From an uncultured Bacilli bacterium (GTDB lineage: Bacteria; Bacillota_I; Bacilli_A; RF39; UBA660), in NCBI GenBank assembly GCA_947627375.1, contig CANQVR010000003.1:1-40802 (forward strand): a DNA stretch of 40,802 nt, read 5' to 3'. The position numbers were made by a program, and so were the translations under genes. Positions 1-9,854 of this stretch are shown here, piece by piece. The notes below the pieces were generated by a model. It was not told the DNA's origin, ran no database searches, and saw nothing but the letters and a program-made list of their open reading frames with translations. Position 1 is the first letter of the stretch, and each line of letters opens with the position of its first letter.

Positions 1-163
1 ACATAATATATATTATACTATAATTAGACTTATTTCCGTTAATTTATTTAAAACGAACTTCCAAATAAAAATTCGGATAAATATACTTTTTTCGTTTAAA
101 ACCATTTTCAATTATTCTATTTTTTGATACAATATTATAAGTAGAAAAAGAAAGGTGATAAAT

Positions 164-949
164 ATGGGAAAGGTAATATCTTTAGTAAATCAAAAAGGTG
201 GAGTGGGAAAGACTACAACTAGTATAAACCTTTCTGCATCTTTAGCTTTATTAGGAAAAAAAGTATTGTTAATAGATTTAGATCCTCAAGGAAATACAAC
301 GACTGGTGTTGGAATTAATAAAGGTGATATTGATAAAAGTATTTATGATGTATTAATTTCTAAATGTTCAATTAATGAATCTATTATTAAAACTAAATAT
401 AAAAATTTATTTGTGATACCTGCTACAATTAATTTGGCAGGACTTGATTTAGAATTGATCGAAAAGAGTAGAACTTCTAAGGATTTTTCAAAAGGTAATC
501 AATTAAAAAAACATTTAGATACAATTAGAGAATCTTTTGATTTTATAATTCTAGATTGTCCACCTTCACTTGGATTAATTACAACTAATGCTTTAAGTGC
601 TTCTAATTCTGTAATAATACCTGTACAATGTGAATTCTTCGCATTAGAAGGAATAATGCAACTTTTAAATACTATTATGATGGCTCAAAAAAGTTTGAAT
701 CCAAATTTAGATATAGAAGGAGTTTTATTAACTATGTTAGATTCTAGAACTAATTTAGGTTTTGAAGTTGTAGATGATATTAGAAAATTCTTTAAGGAAA
801 GAGTTTATAATACTATAATTCCTAGACTTATAAGACTTACAGAAGCACCTTCGCATGGAGAACCAATTATTGCTTATGATCCAAAAAGTAGAGGTAGTGA
901 AGCTTATATAAATTTGGCTAAGGAAGTGATAGAAAGAAATGGAAACTAA
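164..949 (+). CDS. soj: ParA/Soj partitioning ATPase
   Basis: Deviant Walker A KGGVGKTT, DLDPQGN, DCPPSLG, EAPSHG; SD AAAGGTGA 151-158 favours ATG164. Confidence 0.97.
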   Translation: MGKVISLVNQKGGVGKTTTSINLSASLALLGKKVLLIDLDPQGNTTTGVGINKGDIDKSIYDVLISKCSINESIIKTKYKNLFVIPATINLAGLDLELIEKSRTSKDFSKGNQLKKHLDTIRESFDFIILDCPPSLGLITTNALSASNSVIIPVQCEFFALEGIMQLLNTIMMAQKSLNPNLDIEGVLLTMLDSRTNLGFEVVDDIRKFFKERVYNTIIPRLIRLTEAPSHGEPIIAYDPKSRGSEAYINLAKEVIERNGN

Positions 950-1826
950 TAGGAGAAAAGCGCTAGGGCGTGGTTTAGAAGAATTATTTAATAATGAACC
1001 AATGGATTATAATAAAGTAGAAGAAAAGATTATTACTGAAACGCCAAAAGATGCAATTCAAAAGATTTCTATATCTGATTTACGTAGTAATCCATATCAG
1101 CCTAGGCAAAAATTTGAAGAGAATGCTTTACGAGAATTATCTGAATCTATCAAGGAACATGGTGTTTTTCAACCGATAATTGTGAAAAAAAGTATAAAAG
1201 GTTATGAAATAATAGCTGGTGAGAGAAGAGTTAAAGCATCTACTATGGCAGGTCTTAAAGAAATTCCTGCAATAATTAGAGATTTTACGGATGATGAAAT
1301 GATGGAAATAGCTCTACTTGAGAATTTACAAAGAGAAAATTTAACAGCTTTAGAAGAGGCAACAGCTTATAAAAAAATGTTAGATCATTTAAAAATAACG
1401 CAAGAAGCTTTAGCAAAACGTCTTGGTAAAAGTAGAAGTCATATTACAAATATGCTTGGTATTTTACATTTACCATCATCAGTTAAAAATTTGATAACTG
1501 ATAAAAAAATTAGTATGGGACATGCTAGAGTTCTTAGTAAATTAGAAGATGAAAATCAAATCAAATCTCTAGCAGATAAAATTGTTAGTGAAGGATTAAG
1601 TGTTAGACAACTAGAAGAAAAAACAAAAGAAACTACAAAATTTGTAAGAAAAAATAAAGTAAATAATACCAAAAATATTCAATCTTCAGAATATAAATAT
1701 TTAGAAGAAGTTTTATGTGAAAAATTTGGTACTAAAGTAAAAATAAAGAATAATCGTTTAGAAATTCAATTTGTAAATAAAAATGATTTTAATAGAATAT
1801 TAGAAATAATGAATTTGAATAATTAA
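939..1826 (+). CDS. spo0J: ParB/Spo0J partitioning protein
   Basis: LGRGL N-terminal peptide, NPYQPR, GERR, ENLQRE, HTH GKSRSHITN; overlaps soj. Confidence 0.97.
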   Translation: METNRRKALGRGLEELFNNEPMDYNKVEEKIITETPKDAIQKISISDLRSNPYQPRQKFEENALRELSESIKEHGVFQPIIVKKSIKGYEIIAGERRVKASTMAGLKEIPAIIRDFTDDEMMEIALLENLQRENLTALEEATAYKKMLDHLKITQEALAKRLGKSRSHITNMLGILHLPSSVKNLITDKKISMGHARVLSKLEDENQIKSLADKIVSEGLSVRQLEEKTKETTKFVRKNKVNNTKNIQSSEYKYLEEVLCEKFGTKVKIKNNRLEIQFVNKNDFNRILEIMNLNN

Positions 1827-1842
1827 AAAAGAGGGTGGTCTA

Positions 1843-2658
1843 ATGGCGATATTTGGCATTGATTTATGGTTAATTGTAAGTAAGATTTTAAAGTGTGTTA
1901 TAAGTATTTCAATAGGGATAATAATATATAAATTCATTAAAAAAACGATAATTAAGTTAACTACTAAAAGTAAGACAAGATCTAAATATAAGCAAAAGAG
2001 ATTACAAACCATACAATCTTTACTTAAAAATTTAACTAAATATATTATATATATCTTTGTATTTTTATATATTTTATCAATCTTTGGAGTAAATGTAAGT
2101 GGAATAGTGGCAGGACTTGGTGTTTCTGCAGCTTTGATTGGACTTGCATTTCAAGATACAGCTAAAGATATAATAGCTGGTGTTTCGATGATAACTGATG
2201 ATGAATTTGAGATAGGAGATACAGTAAAAATCGATGGTTTTATGGGAGAAGTTGTTTTTATTGGTCTTCGTTCTACTAAGATAAGAGATTATAAAGGTGC
2301 TACTATGATTATTGCAAATCATTCTATTAACAAAGTTATAAATTATAATCTTCATGATTCTCTAGCTGTTGTAGATGTATCGGTAGCTTATGAAAGTGAT
2401 TTAAATGAAGTGGAGAAAGTTTTAAATAATTTAGCTAAAAAATTAGAGAAAAAATTAGATTATTTAAAAGGTGATATCGAAATTTTAGGTATTGACAATT
2501 TAGATGATTCTGCAATAGTATATAGAGTGACTGCTTTAGTGGAACCAATGAAGCATATTATTACTCAAAGAACTTTGAGAAAAGAAATTGCTGAGGCATT
2601 TAAAAAGTCATCAGTAAAAATACCATATAAACAAATAGAGGTACATAATGCAAAATGA
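1843..2658 (+). CDS. Small-conductance mechanosensitive channel (MscS family)
   Basis: TM helices with AGLGVSAALIGLAFQD, FEIGDTV, GLRST, IPYKQ. Confidence 0.93.
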   Translation: MAIFGIDLWLIVSKILKCVISISIGIIIYKFIKKTIIKLTTKSKTRSKYKQKRLQTIQSLLKNLTKYIIYIFVFLYILSIFGVNVSGIVAGLGVSAALIGLAFQDTAKDIIAGVSMITDDEFEIGDTVKIDGFMGEVVFIGLRSTKIRDYKGATMIIANHSINKVINYNLHDSLAVVDVSVAYESDLNEVEKVLNNLAKKLEKKLDYLKGDIEILGIDNLDDSAIVYRVTALVEPMKHIITQRTLRKEIAEAFKKSSVKIPYKQIEVHNAK

Positions 2659-2836
2659 TTTTAATTATAAGTTAGGAAGTAAAGTAGTAATGAAAAAACA
2701 ACATCCTTGTGGTAATAATGAATTTGAGATTACTAGGTTAGGAGCAGATATTAAGATAAAATGTCTTAATTGTGGAAGATCTATTTTACTACCAAGAATA
2801 GAATTTAATAAAAAAGTGAAAAAAGTAATCTCTTAG
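2648..2836 (+). CDS. DUF951 (YyzM-like) small protein
   Basis: MKKQHPCG..GADIKIKCLNCGR; usual position upstream of ychF. Confidence 0.9.
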   Translation: MQNDFNYKLGSKVVMKKQHPCGNNEFEITRLGADIKIKCLNCGRSILLPRIEFNKKVKKVIS

Positions 2837-2849
2837 GAGTGATTTAAAT

Positions 2850-4448
2850 ATGAGAAAAGAAAAAAGAAAACTAAAACTGAAAAAGTTTTATTTTCATCCA
2901 ATTACTATGTTTTTAGTTTGTAGTGTTGTAGTAGTATTGTTAAGTGCAGTTCTTGAAAAGTTACAAGTTCAAAGTACTTATCAATTAGTAAGTGACAGCG
3001 TTAATGATTTAGAAACGACAGTAGTTGCGGTTGAAAATCTTTTGAACTTTGATGGTATGAAATATATAATTAGTAATTCTACTAAAAACTTTATGAGTTT
3101 TGCTCCATTGGCATCTTTACTTATTTCTTTAATTGGAATAAGTGTTGCTGAGGCAACTGGTTTTTTAGAAGCTTTTAGTAAAAAATATTTAAGAAAATTA
3201 ACTAAACCAAAACTTACATTTATTATTCTTTTTATAGGAATAATCTCTTCATTAATTAATGATGTTGGATATGCTATATTAATTCCATTATCAGCTATGA
3301 TATATAAAATTTTAAAGAGAAATCCATCCCTCGGAATTATTACGGCTTTTTGTGGAGTAGCCTTTGGGTATGGGGTATCGGTTTTTATTGGATCGATGGA
3401 GGTTTCTTTAATTCCTTATACTACTAGTGCAGCTCATTTAGTCGATGAAGCAGTTCATGTTAGTTTAAGTTCTAATTTATTTATAATAATAGTAAGTGTA
3501 TTTTTGTTGACTATTTTTGGTACTTTTGTAATAGAAAAACTTATCGCACCAAAACTTAGTGCATATAAAGAAGAAAAGAATTTTAGTAGGACACAAGAAA
3601 TTGATATAATCGATATAGAAGAATTTGAACAACAAAAAATTGAAAAAGAAAAAAATCAAAAACGTGGTTTAAGATATTCTCTTTTTGCCGGTATTATTGT
3701 TATTTCAATATTTATTTATATGTTAATACCTAATTTACCTTGGTCAGGATTACTTCTTGATATGAAACAAAAAACTTATTTAAATCAAATATTTGGTGAT
3801 AGTGCTTATTTCCAAGATGGATTTACTTATATGATTAGTTTATTGTTTTTAGTTGTTGGACTTGCATACGGAATAGGAGCAAATTCTGTAAAAAATGATA
3901 AAGATATTATTGAAAAAGCTACTACTAATTTTGAAAAAATAGGTAGTATAATCTTACTTATGTTTGTAGCGTCTCAATTTTTATCTATATTTAAGAAAAC
4001 TGAAATAGGAACAGTTATTGCCGGTAATTTAGCAAATTTAATAGAATCACTTAAGTTTACAGGTATACCACTGATTATAATTGTTATTGTTGCTATTGCG
4101 GTATCTAATTTGTTTTTAACATCACCATCTATAAAATGGCAAATATTTTCTCCAGTAGTGGTACCACTTTTAATGGAATCTAATATTTCACCACAATTTG
4201 CTCAATTTATAATGAGAGCATCTGATTCTATGACAAATGGTATAACACCATTACTGGCGGCATTTACAATTTATTTAGGATATTTAAATATTTATAATAA
4301 AGATAAATCCAAACCGATAGTTATTACAAAAGCTATAAAGATGATAATGCCTTACTTTGTAGTTAGTGTTGGAGTATGGTTATTAATTATATTTGGATGG
4401 TATTTATTGGGTCTTCCAATTGGACCTAATGTTTATCCAACAATTTAA
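2850..4448 (+). CDS. AbgT family transporter
   Basis: Polytopic membrane protein; FHP, NLLNFDG, FAPL, GYG, DSMTNGITP and C-terminal GLPIGP motifs. Confidence 0.85.
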   Translation: MRKEKRKLKLKKFYFHPITMFLVCSVVVVLLSAVLEKLQVQSTYQLVSDSVNDLETTVVAVENLLNFDGMKYIISNSTKNFMSFAPLASLLISLIGISVAEATGFLEAFSKKYLRKLTKPKLTFIILFIGIISSLINDVGYAILIPLSAMIYKILKRNPSLGIITAFCGVAFGYGVSVFIGSMEVSLIPYTTSAAHLVDEAVHVSLSSNLFIIIVSVFLLTIFGTFVIEKLIAPKLSAYKEEKNFSRTQEIDIIDIEEFEQQKIEKEKNQKRGLRYSLFAGIIVISIFIYMLIPNLPWSGLLLDMKQKTYLNQIFGDSAYFQDGFTYMISLLFLVVGLAYGIGANSVKNDKDIIEKATTNFEKIGSIILLMFVASQFLSIFKKTEIGTVIAGNLANLIESLKFTGIPLIIIVIVAIAVSNLFLTSPSIKWQIFSPVVVPLLMESNISPQFAQFIMRASDSMTNGITPLLAAFTIYLGYLNIYNKDKSKPIVITKAIKMIMPYFVVSVGVWLLIIFGWYLLGLPIGPNVYPTI

Positions 4449-4482
4449 AAGTGTTGAAATACACTTTTTCTATTGGTATAAT
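4447..4482 (+). promoter_or_regulatory. Terminator hairpin of the AbgT gene overlapping the sigma-A promoter of ychF
   Basis: AAAAGTGT-TGAAAT-ACACTTTT hairpin; TTGAAA 4454-4459, 17 nt, TG-n-TATAAT 4477-4482. Confidence 0.65.
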
Positions 4483-4504
4483 ATAAAAAGAAATGAGGGA
4501 TATT

Positions 4505-5605
4505 ATGAGTTTATGCACTGGAATTGTTGGACTTCCAAATGTCGGAAAGTCAACGTTATTTAATGCTATTACGAAACAAAAGATTTTAGCTGAAAATTAC
4601 CCTTTTGCAACAATCGATCCTAATGTAGGTGTGGTGGTAGTACCTGATGAGAGGATAGAAAAATTAAATCAGATGTATCAACCTAAGAGAAAAATACCTA
4701 CAACTTATGAATTTACGGATATAGCTGGTCTTGTAAAAGGAGCTTCAACTGGAGAAGGACTTGGTAATAAATTTTTATCTCATATTAGAGAGGTAGATGC
4801 TATTGTCGAGGTAGTTCGTTGTTTTAATGATGGTAATATTATTCATGTAGATGGAGAAATAGATCCAATTAGAGATATTGAAACAATTAATTTAGAACTT
4901 GCTATTGCCGATTTAGAAATTGTTCAAAACAGGTTGGAAAAAGTCTCTAAAAAAGCTAGGACAACTAAACAAAAAGAGGAACTTTTAGAACTTGAAGCAC
5001 TTGATAAAGCTTGTGCAACTTTAAAGGAAAATAAACCGCTTCGTTTAGTTGATTTTAGTGAAGAAGAAAAACTAGCTTTAAAATCATATAATTTTTTAAC
5101 TTTGAAGCCTATGATATATCTTGCTAATATAGCAGAAGATATGGTAGGTCAAAAAGATAATGTATATGTTCAAAAGGTAAAAGAATACGCTGAGAAGGAA
5201 GAAGCTAAAGTTGTTACAGTTTGTGCTAAATTAGAGGAAGATTTGTCTGAATTAGAAGATGTAGAAAGAAAAGAATTGTTAGAAGGACTTGATTTAAAAA
5301 CTTCAGGTCTTGATGATTTGATTCAAGCTACATATGATTTACTTGGTTTAGAAACTTATTTTACAGTAGGAAAAGATGAAGTTAGAGCGTGGACTTTTAG
5401 AAAGGGAATGAATGCTAAAAAGTGTGCAGGTATTATTCATACTGATTTTGAAAAAGGTTTTATTCGTGCAGAAGTTATGTCTTATGATGATTTGATTGAT
5501 TGTGGGAGTGAATTGGCAGTAAGAGAAGCTGGTAAAATGAGACTTGAAGGAAAAGATTATTTAATGCAAGATGGTGATATTTGTCATTTTAGATTTAATG
5601 TTTAA
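4505..5605 (+). CDS. ychF: Redox-regulated ATPase YchF
   Basis: GLPNVGKST, NYPFATI, DIAGLV, C-terminal DGDICHFRFNV; SD GAGGGA before ATG4505. Confidence 0.97.
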   Translation: MSLCTGIVGLPNVGKSTLFNAITKQKILAENYPFATIDPNVGVVVVPDERIEKLNQMYQPKRKIPTTYEFTDIAGLVKGASTGEGLGNKFLSHIREVDAIVEVVRCFNDGNIIHVDGEIDPIRDIETINLELAIADLEIVQNRLEKVSKKARTTKQKEELLELEALDKACATLKENKPLRLVDFSEEEKLALKSYNFLTLKPMIYLANIAEDMVGQKDNVYVQKVKEYAEKEEAKVVTVCAKLEEDLSELEDVERKELLEGLDLKTSGLDDLIQATYDLLGLETYFTVGKDEVRAWTFRKGMNAKKCAGIIHTDFEKGFIRAEVMSYDDLIDCGSELAVREAGKMRLEGKDYLMQDGDICHFRFNV

Positions 5606-5621
5606 ATAAAATATTATAAAT

Positions 5622-5672
5622 ACTAAGTAATTTTATTTACATATGTAATTAATATATTTACTTAGTTTTTTA
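5622..5672 (+). terminator. Intrinsic terminator after ychF
   Basis: ACTAAGTAA(5622-5630)...TTACTTAGT(5658-5666) followed by a T-run. Confidence 0.55.
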
Positions 5673-5821
5673 CATTTTTATATTTGTTTAATTCCTTAAT
5701 GTGTTTTTTAAATACAAAAAAAATAATTAATATTTGTAATTGCTTGACATATTATTATTTGTTTTAAATATAAAAATAAATTTAATAAAGATTTTTCCTA
5801 AAAGAAGATTAGATTAATATC

Positions 5822-5850
5822 TTGATAGTTAAAGAAAAATTTGTTATAAT
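5822..5850 (+). promoter_or_regulatory. Sigma-A promoter of rpsF-ssb-rpsR
   Basis: TTGATA, 17 nt, TG-n-TATAAT. Confidence 0.75.
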
Positions 5851-5856
5851 ACATAC

Positions 5857-5910
5857 GAGTATTTTTAATACTCCTTGCCTATATTAGGCCTTATGTCCAA
5901 AAGGAGGTGT
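5857..5910 (+). ncRNA. S6:S18 ribosomal protein leader (cis-regulatory RNA)
   Basis: CTCCTT pairs with SD AAGGAG; inner GCCTA-TAT-TAGGC hairpin; closely resembles the Bacillus rpsF leader. Confidence 0.8.
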
Positions 5911-5914
5911 ACAA

Positions 5915-6202
5915 ATGAGAAAATATGAATTAATGTTTATCGTTAAAACTGATATTGAAGAAAGCGCAGTTAATAGTGTTGTTGATTCATTAAAGAAAGT
6001 ACTTAAATCTCATAAAGCTAAAATACTAGAGGAAAAAGCTTTAGGTCAAAAAGAATTAGCTTATGAAATTAAAAAACATAAAATAGGTTATTACTTTCTA
6101 TTAACAGTTGAAGCTGATAGTGCAGCAATCGATGAATTTGAAAGAGTAATATTAATTAATGAAAACGTTCTACGTCATATTGTTGTTAGAGTAGAAGATT
6201 AA
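5915..6202 (+). CDS. rpsF: 30S ribosomal protein S6
   Basis: MRKYELMFI, LAYEIKK, GYY, VLRH. Confidence 0.97.
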   Translation: MRKYELMFIVKTDIEESAVNSVVDSLKKVLKSHKAKILEEKALGQKELAYEIKKHKIGYYFLLTVEADSAAIDEFERVILINENVLRHIVVRVED

Positions 6203-6213
6203 GAGAGGTTATT

Positions 6214-6705
6214 ATGAATAAGGTATTTTTAATTGGAAGACTTACTAGAGATCCAGAACTTAGATATACATCTAGTAATATTGCTGTTGCTACTTTTTTT
6301 CTTGCAGTAAATAGAACTTTTACTAACAGTTCAGGAGAAAGAGAAGCAGATTTTATTAACATTGTTGTTTGGAGAAAACAAGCAGAAAATGTAAAAAATT
6401 ATTTATCACAAGGAAGTCAAGTAGCTATTGATGGACGTATTCAAAGTAGAAGTTATGAAACTGAGGAAGGAAAAAGACGTTATATTACTGAGGTAGTAGC
6501 TGATAATGTAGAATTTATTAGTTCTAAAAGAGATAATAATGATAATAAACCTTCACAGAATAATACTAAATCTGTTTCATCAAAAGAAGAAGTTACTCCA
6601 TATGATTTTCCTGATGAACAAGCTAAAACTACTGATGTAGATAATAATCCTTTTGCAGATTTTGGTGCAAATGTAGAAATTAGTGATGATGAATTACCAT
6701 TTTAA
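6214..6705 (+). CDS. ssb: Single-stranded DNA-binding protein
   Basis: LIGRLTRDPELR, ADFINIVVW, acidic tail DDELPF. Confidence 0.98.
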   Translation: MNKVFLIGRLTRDPELRYTSSNIAVATFFLAVNRTFTNSSGEREADFINIVVWRKQAENVKNYLSQGSQVAIDGRIQSRSYETEEGKRRYITEVVADNVEFISSKRDNNDNKPSQNNTKSVSSKEEVTPYDFPDEQAKTTDVDNNPFADFGANVEISDDELPF

Positions 6706-6744
6706 AATAACGTAGAGTGTATTTTTAGAAAAAGGAGGAGAATT

Positions 6745-6960
6745 ATGGCAGATTTTTATCGTAAAAAGAAAAAAGTATGTAGAATGTGTACAGGAGCAAC
6801 TGTTGATTATAAAGATATAGATACTTTAAAAAGATATATTAATGAGAAAGGTAAAATTTTACCTAGACGTGTTACTGGAAATTGCGCTCGTCATCAAAGA
6901 GTTATTGCAACACAAATCAAAAGAGCTCGTGCAATTGGTTTACTTCCATATACAAAATAA
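6745..6960 (+). CDS. rpsR: 30S ribosomal protein S18 (Zn-binding type)
   Basis: Cxx[25 protein letters not shown]. Confidence 0.98.
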   Translation: MADFYRKKKKVCRMCTGATVDYKDIDTLKRYINEKGKILPRRVTGNCARHQRVIATQIKRARAIGLLPYTK

Positions 6961-6966
6961 GATTTT

Positions 6967-6995
6967 AAGAGTGATTTATTCATTCTTTTTCTTTT
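6967..6995 (+). terminator. Intrinsic terminator after rpsR
   Basis: AAGAGTGA-TTTAT-TCATTCTT followed by a T-rich tract. Confidence 0.6.
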
Positions 6996-7004
6996 GTATT
7001 TTAT

Positions 7005-7033
7005 TAGACATTAGTTATATTTTATTATATAAT
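7005..7033 (+). promoter_or_regulatory. Sigma-A promoter of the DHH-rplI-dnaB operon
   Basis: TAGACA, 17 nt, TATAAT. Confidence 0.65.
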
Positions 7034-7060
7034 AAAGAAGAGATGGAAGGGATGGCAATA

Positions 7061-8050
7061 ATGGTTATTTTAGAAAATAGTAAAGAAATAATAAAAGAAA
7101 TTAAAAAGTCCAAAAAGATATTTATTATGGGACATAAAGATTTAGATCTAGATGCTTTAGGTAGTTCAATTGGAATGGCACTTATTGCGAAACATTATAA
7201 TAAGGAATGTTTTATTATAATAGATGATAAAAACCATGAAATGGGTGTTAGTAAAATTTTAGAGGAACAAGAAGGATGCTTTAATATTATTAAAAGTAAT
7301 GAAGTAGATAATAATTTATATTCTCATCATAAAAAAAATTTACTTATAGTTTTAGATACTAGTAAAAGTGATTTAGTTCAAAGTTCTGATGTATTAGGAA
7401 AAATAACGAGAAAAATTATAATTGATCATCATGAATATGATGATAAATCTATTAAAGATGGTTTGCTTGTTATCGATAATAATGTTTCTTCTACTTGTGA
7501 GATGCTTACTACTTTAGTAGAAAAATTAAAGATAGATTTAGAATCATATTATGCGACATTGCTTCTTTCAGGAATTGTACTTGATACTAATAATTTTACA
7601 TTAAAAACAAATGCTGAAACTTATTATACTGCTTATTATTTAGCGTGTCTTGGTGCTAGTACTAAGAAAGTACAATATTTGTTGAAACAAGATTTGAAAG
7701 AATATATTGAACGTCAAAAATTATTTACTGATATTACTATTATTGATAAAATAGCAGTTTCAAAAGGTACTAGTTATGCTAAGTATCGAAGAGAAGATTT
7801 AGCAAAAGTTGCAGATATTTTATTATTCTTTAATGGAGTAGAAGCATCATTTGTTATTGGTAAACTTGGTGATAAAGTTGTTGGCGTAAGCGCTAGAAGT
7901 ATGGGTAATTATGATATTAATAATATTTTAAAAGAATTTAATGGTGGAGGAGACCAATATAACGGAGCAGCTCGTATCGAAGATGATACTGTTAGTAAAA
8001 TCAATCAAAAATTAGTTAAATTATTAAAAGAAAAAAATCAGGAGGGTTAA
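7061..8050 (+). CDS. DHH/DHHA1 phosphoesterase, GdpP-like catalytic domain only
   Basis: MGH..DLDALGS, IIDHH, SSTCE, GIVLDT, SARS; occupies the gdpP position before rplI; start moved downstream of terminator/promoter (ATG 7043, 7052 or 7061). Confidence 0.85.
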   Translation: MVILENSKEIIKEIKKSKKIFIMGHKDLDLDALGSSIGMALIAKHYNKECFIIIDDKNHEMGVSKILEEQEGCFNIIKSNEVDNNLYSHHKKNLLIVLDTSKSDLVQSSDVLGKITRKIIIDHHEYDDKSIKDGLLVIDNNVSSTCEMLTTLVEKLKIDLESYYATLLLSGIVLDTNNFTLKTNAETYYTAYYLACLGASTKKVQYLLKQDLKEYIERQKLFTDITIIDKIAVSKGTSYAKYRREDLAKVADILLFFNGVEASFVIGKLGDKVVGVSARSMGNYDINNILKEFNGGGDQYNGAARIEDDTVSKINQKLVKLLKEKNQEG

Positions 8051-8051
8051 A

Positions 8052-8492
8052 ATGCAAGTTATTTTAATAAAAGATGTAAGAAAACTTGGTAAAAAAGGTG
8101 AAATTAAGACTGTTAAGGATGGTTATGGTCAAAATTATTTAATAAAAAATGGTTTGGCTAAACCAGCTAATCAGAAGAATCTAGCTGAGTTGGAACATCA
8201 AAAGAAAAAAGAGAAAAAGTTAGATGCTGAAAACAAAGAGAAAGCTTTAGAAATTGCTAAAAAACTAGAAAAAACTAAATTTAAATTTGTTGTTAAAACT
8301 GGAGCAAATGATAAAATGTTTGGAAGTGTTTCAGTAAAGCAAATAAAAGAAAAATTAGAAGAAAAAGGTTTTTCAATTGATAAAACTAAAATAGAATTAG
8401 ATCATCCTATTACTAACTTAGGATTTCATGATATTATAATTCATCTTTATCATGGAGTAGATGCAAAAATAAAAATAGAAATAACAAAGTAG
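8052..8492 (+). CDS. rplI: 50S ribosomal protein L9
   Basis: MQVILIKDV..GKKGE..VKDGYGQNYLI, FGSVS. Confidence 0.97.
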   Translation: MQVILIKDVRKLGKKGEIKTVKDGYGQNYLIKNGLAKPANQKNLAELEHQKKKEKKLDAENKEKALEIAKKLEKTKFKFVVKTGANDKMFGSVSVKQIKEKLEEKGFSIDKTKIELDHPITNLGFHDIIIHLYHGVDAKIKIEITK

Positions 8493-8501
8493 GTGATATA
8501 T

Positions 8502-9854
8502 ATGCCAGGAAGAGTAATGCCTAACAATATTGAAGCAGAGCAATCAGTTTTAGGAGCATGTTTTTTAAGTAAATCGGCTTTACAAAAAACATGTGATATT
8601 TTAAATCCTGATTATTTTTATGATGATAAAAATAGTGAAATTTTCAAAGCTATGCAAGAACTAGTTGATGAAAAAACACCAATTGATTTAACTACTATTA
8701 CTGGTAAACTTAAGAAAAAAAATAAATTGAAAGAAGTAGGAGGAGTAGAATATTTAACTGAACTTTTAAATTTTGTTCCTACTGCTGCTAATATTGATTA
8801 TTATATTAAAAATGTAGAAGATGCTGCTATTACTAGAAATTTAATAGATACAGCTACTGATATTGTTACAAGCGGTTATCAAAATGAAGATGATGTTAAT
8901 ACTTTACTTGATGAATCAGAAAAGAAAATTTTAAATATAAAGAAAAGACAAACTAGTGAATTTCGTTCTATTAAAGATGTTATAAATAAAGCTCAGGCTA
9001 ATTTGGAAAAACTTGCAGATACTAAAAACGAAATTACAGGACTTGCAACAGGTTTTTATGAAATTGATAAAATAACTAGTGGTTTTCATGAAAATGAGTT
9101 TATAGTTATCGCTGCACGTCCAGCAATGGGTAAAACTGCTTTTGCTCTTAATATGGCTACTTCTATGGCTAATTCTACTGATAAAGCCATTGCTTTATTT
9201 AATTTGGAAATGGGAGCTGAACAACTTGCTAATAGAATACTTTCATCACTTGGACAAGTCGAAGGATATAAACTTCGTACTGGTAAACTTTTAAATGATG
9301 ATTGGAAAAGAGTAAATGAAGCTGTTTCTCAAATTGAAGGAACAAATATTTTTATAGATGATACACCTGGTATAACTATTGGTGAAATAAGAGCTAAATG
9401 TCGAAGACTTGCTAGTAGTGATAAAGGATTAGGTATAGTTATAATAGATTATTTACAACTTATTTCAGGTGGTAAAAATTATGGTAGTAATCGTCAACAG
9501 GAAGTATCTGATATTTCTAGGAGTTTAAAGACACTTGCAATGGAGTTACATGTTCCTATTATCGCTTTAGCGCAACTTTCTCGTGCTGTTGAGAGTCGTG
9601 AGGATAAAAGACCTCTTATGAGTGATTTACGTGAATCTGGTTCTATTGAACAAGATGCTGATATTGTTTCATTCTTATATCGTGATGATTATTATAACAA
9701 AGAAGCTAGAAGAGAAGATGATATTAGTATCAGTGAATTCATTATTGGAAAACATCGTAATGGACCTACTGCAACTATAGAATTATTATTTAAAAAGAAT
9801 ACTTCAACTTTTGTTAATATGCAAAAAGGATTTAAAAAAGAGGAGGAACAGTAG
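8502..9854 (+). CDS. dnaB: Replicative DNA helicase
   Basis: EAEQSVLG, AARPAMGKT, IDYLQL, DLRESGSIEQDAD, KHRNGP. Confidence 0.98.
   Translation: MPGRVMPNNIEAEQSVLGACFLSKSALQKTCDILNPDYFYDDKNSEIFKAMQELVDEKTPIDLTTITGKLKKKNKLKEVGGVEYLTELLNFVPTAANIDYYIKNVEDAAITRNLIDTATDIVTSGYQNEDDVNTLLDESEKKILNIKKRQTSEFRSIKDVINKAQANLEKLADTKNEITGLATGFYEIDKITSGFHENEFIVIAARPAMGKTAFALNMATSMANSTDKAIALFNLEMGAEQLANRILSSLGQVEGYKLRTGKLLNDDWKRVNEAVSQIEGTNIFIDDTPGITIGEIRAKCRRLASSDKGLGIVIIDYLQLISGGKNYGSNRQQEVSDISRSLKTLAMELHVPIIALAQLSRAVESREDKRPLMSDLRESGSIEQDADIVSFLYRDDYYNKEARREDDISISEFIIGKHRNGPTATIELLFKKNTSTFVNMQKGFKKEEEQ

Noticed and set aside
1-40. Minus-strand TATAAT 7 nt before an ATG at the window start (possible leaderless divergent gene)
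   Set aside because: No -35 element and the ORF lies outside the window
6842-7042. N-terminal extension of the 402-aa DHH ORF
   Set aside because: Overlaps rpsR and crosses its terminator and a promoter; the real start is downstream
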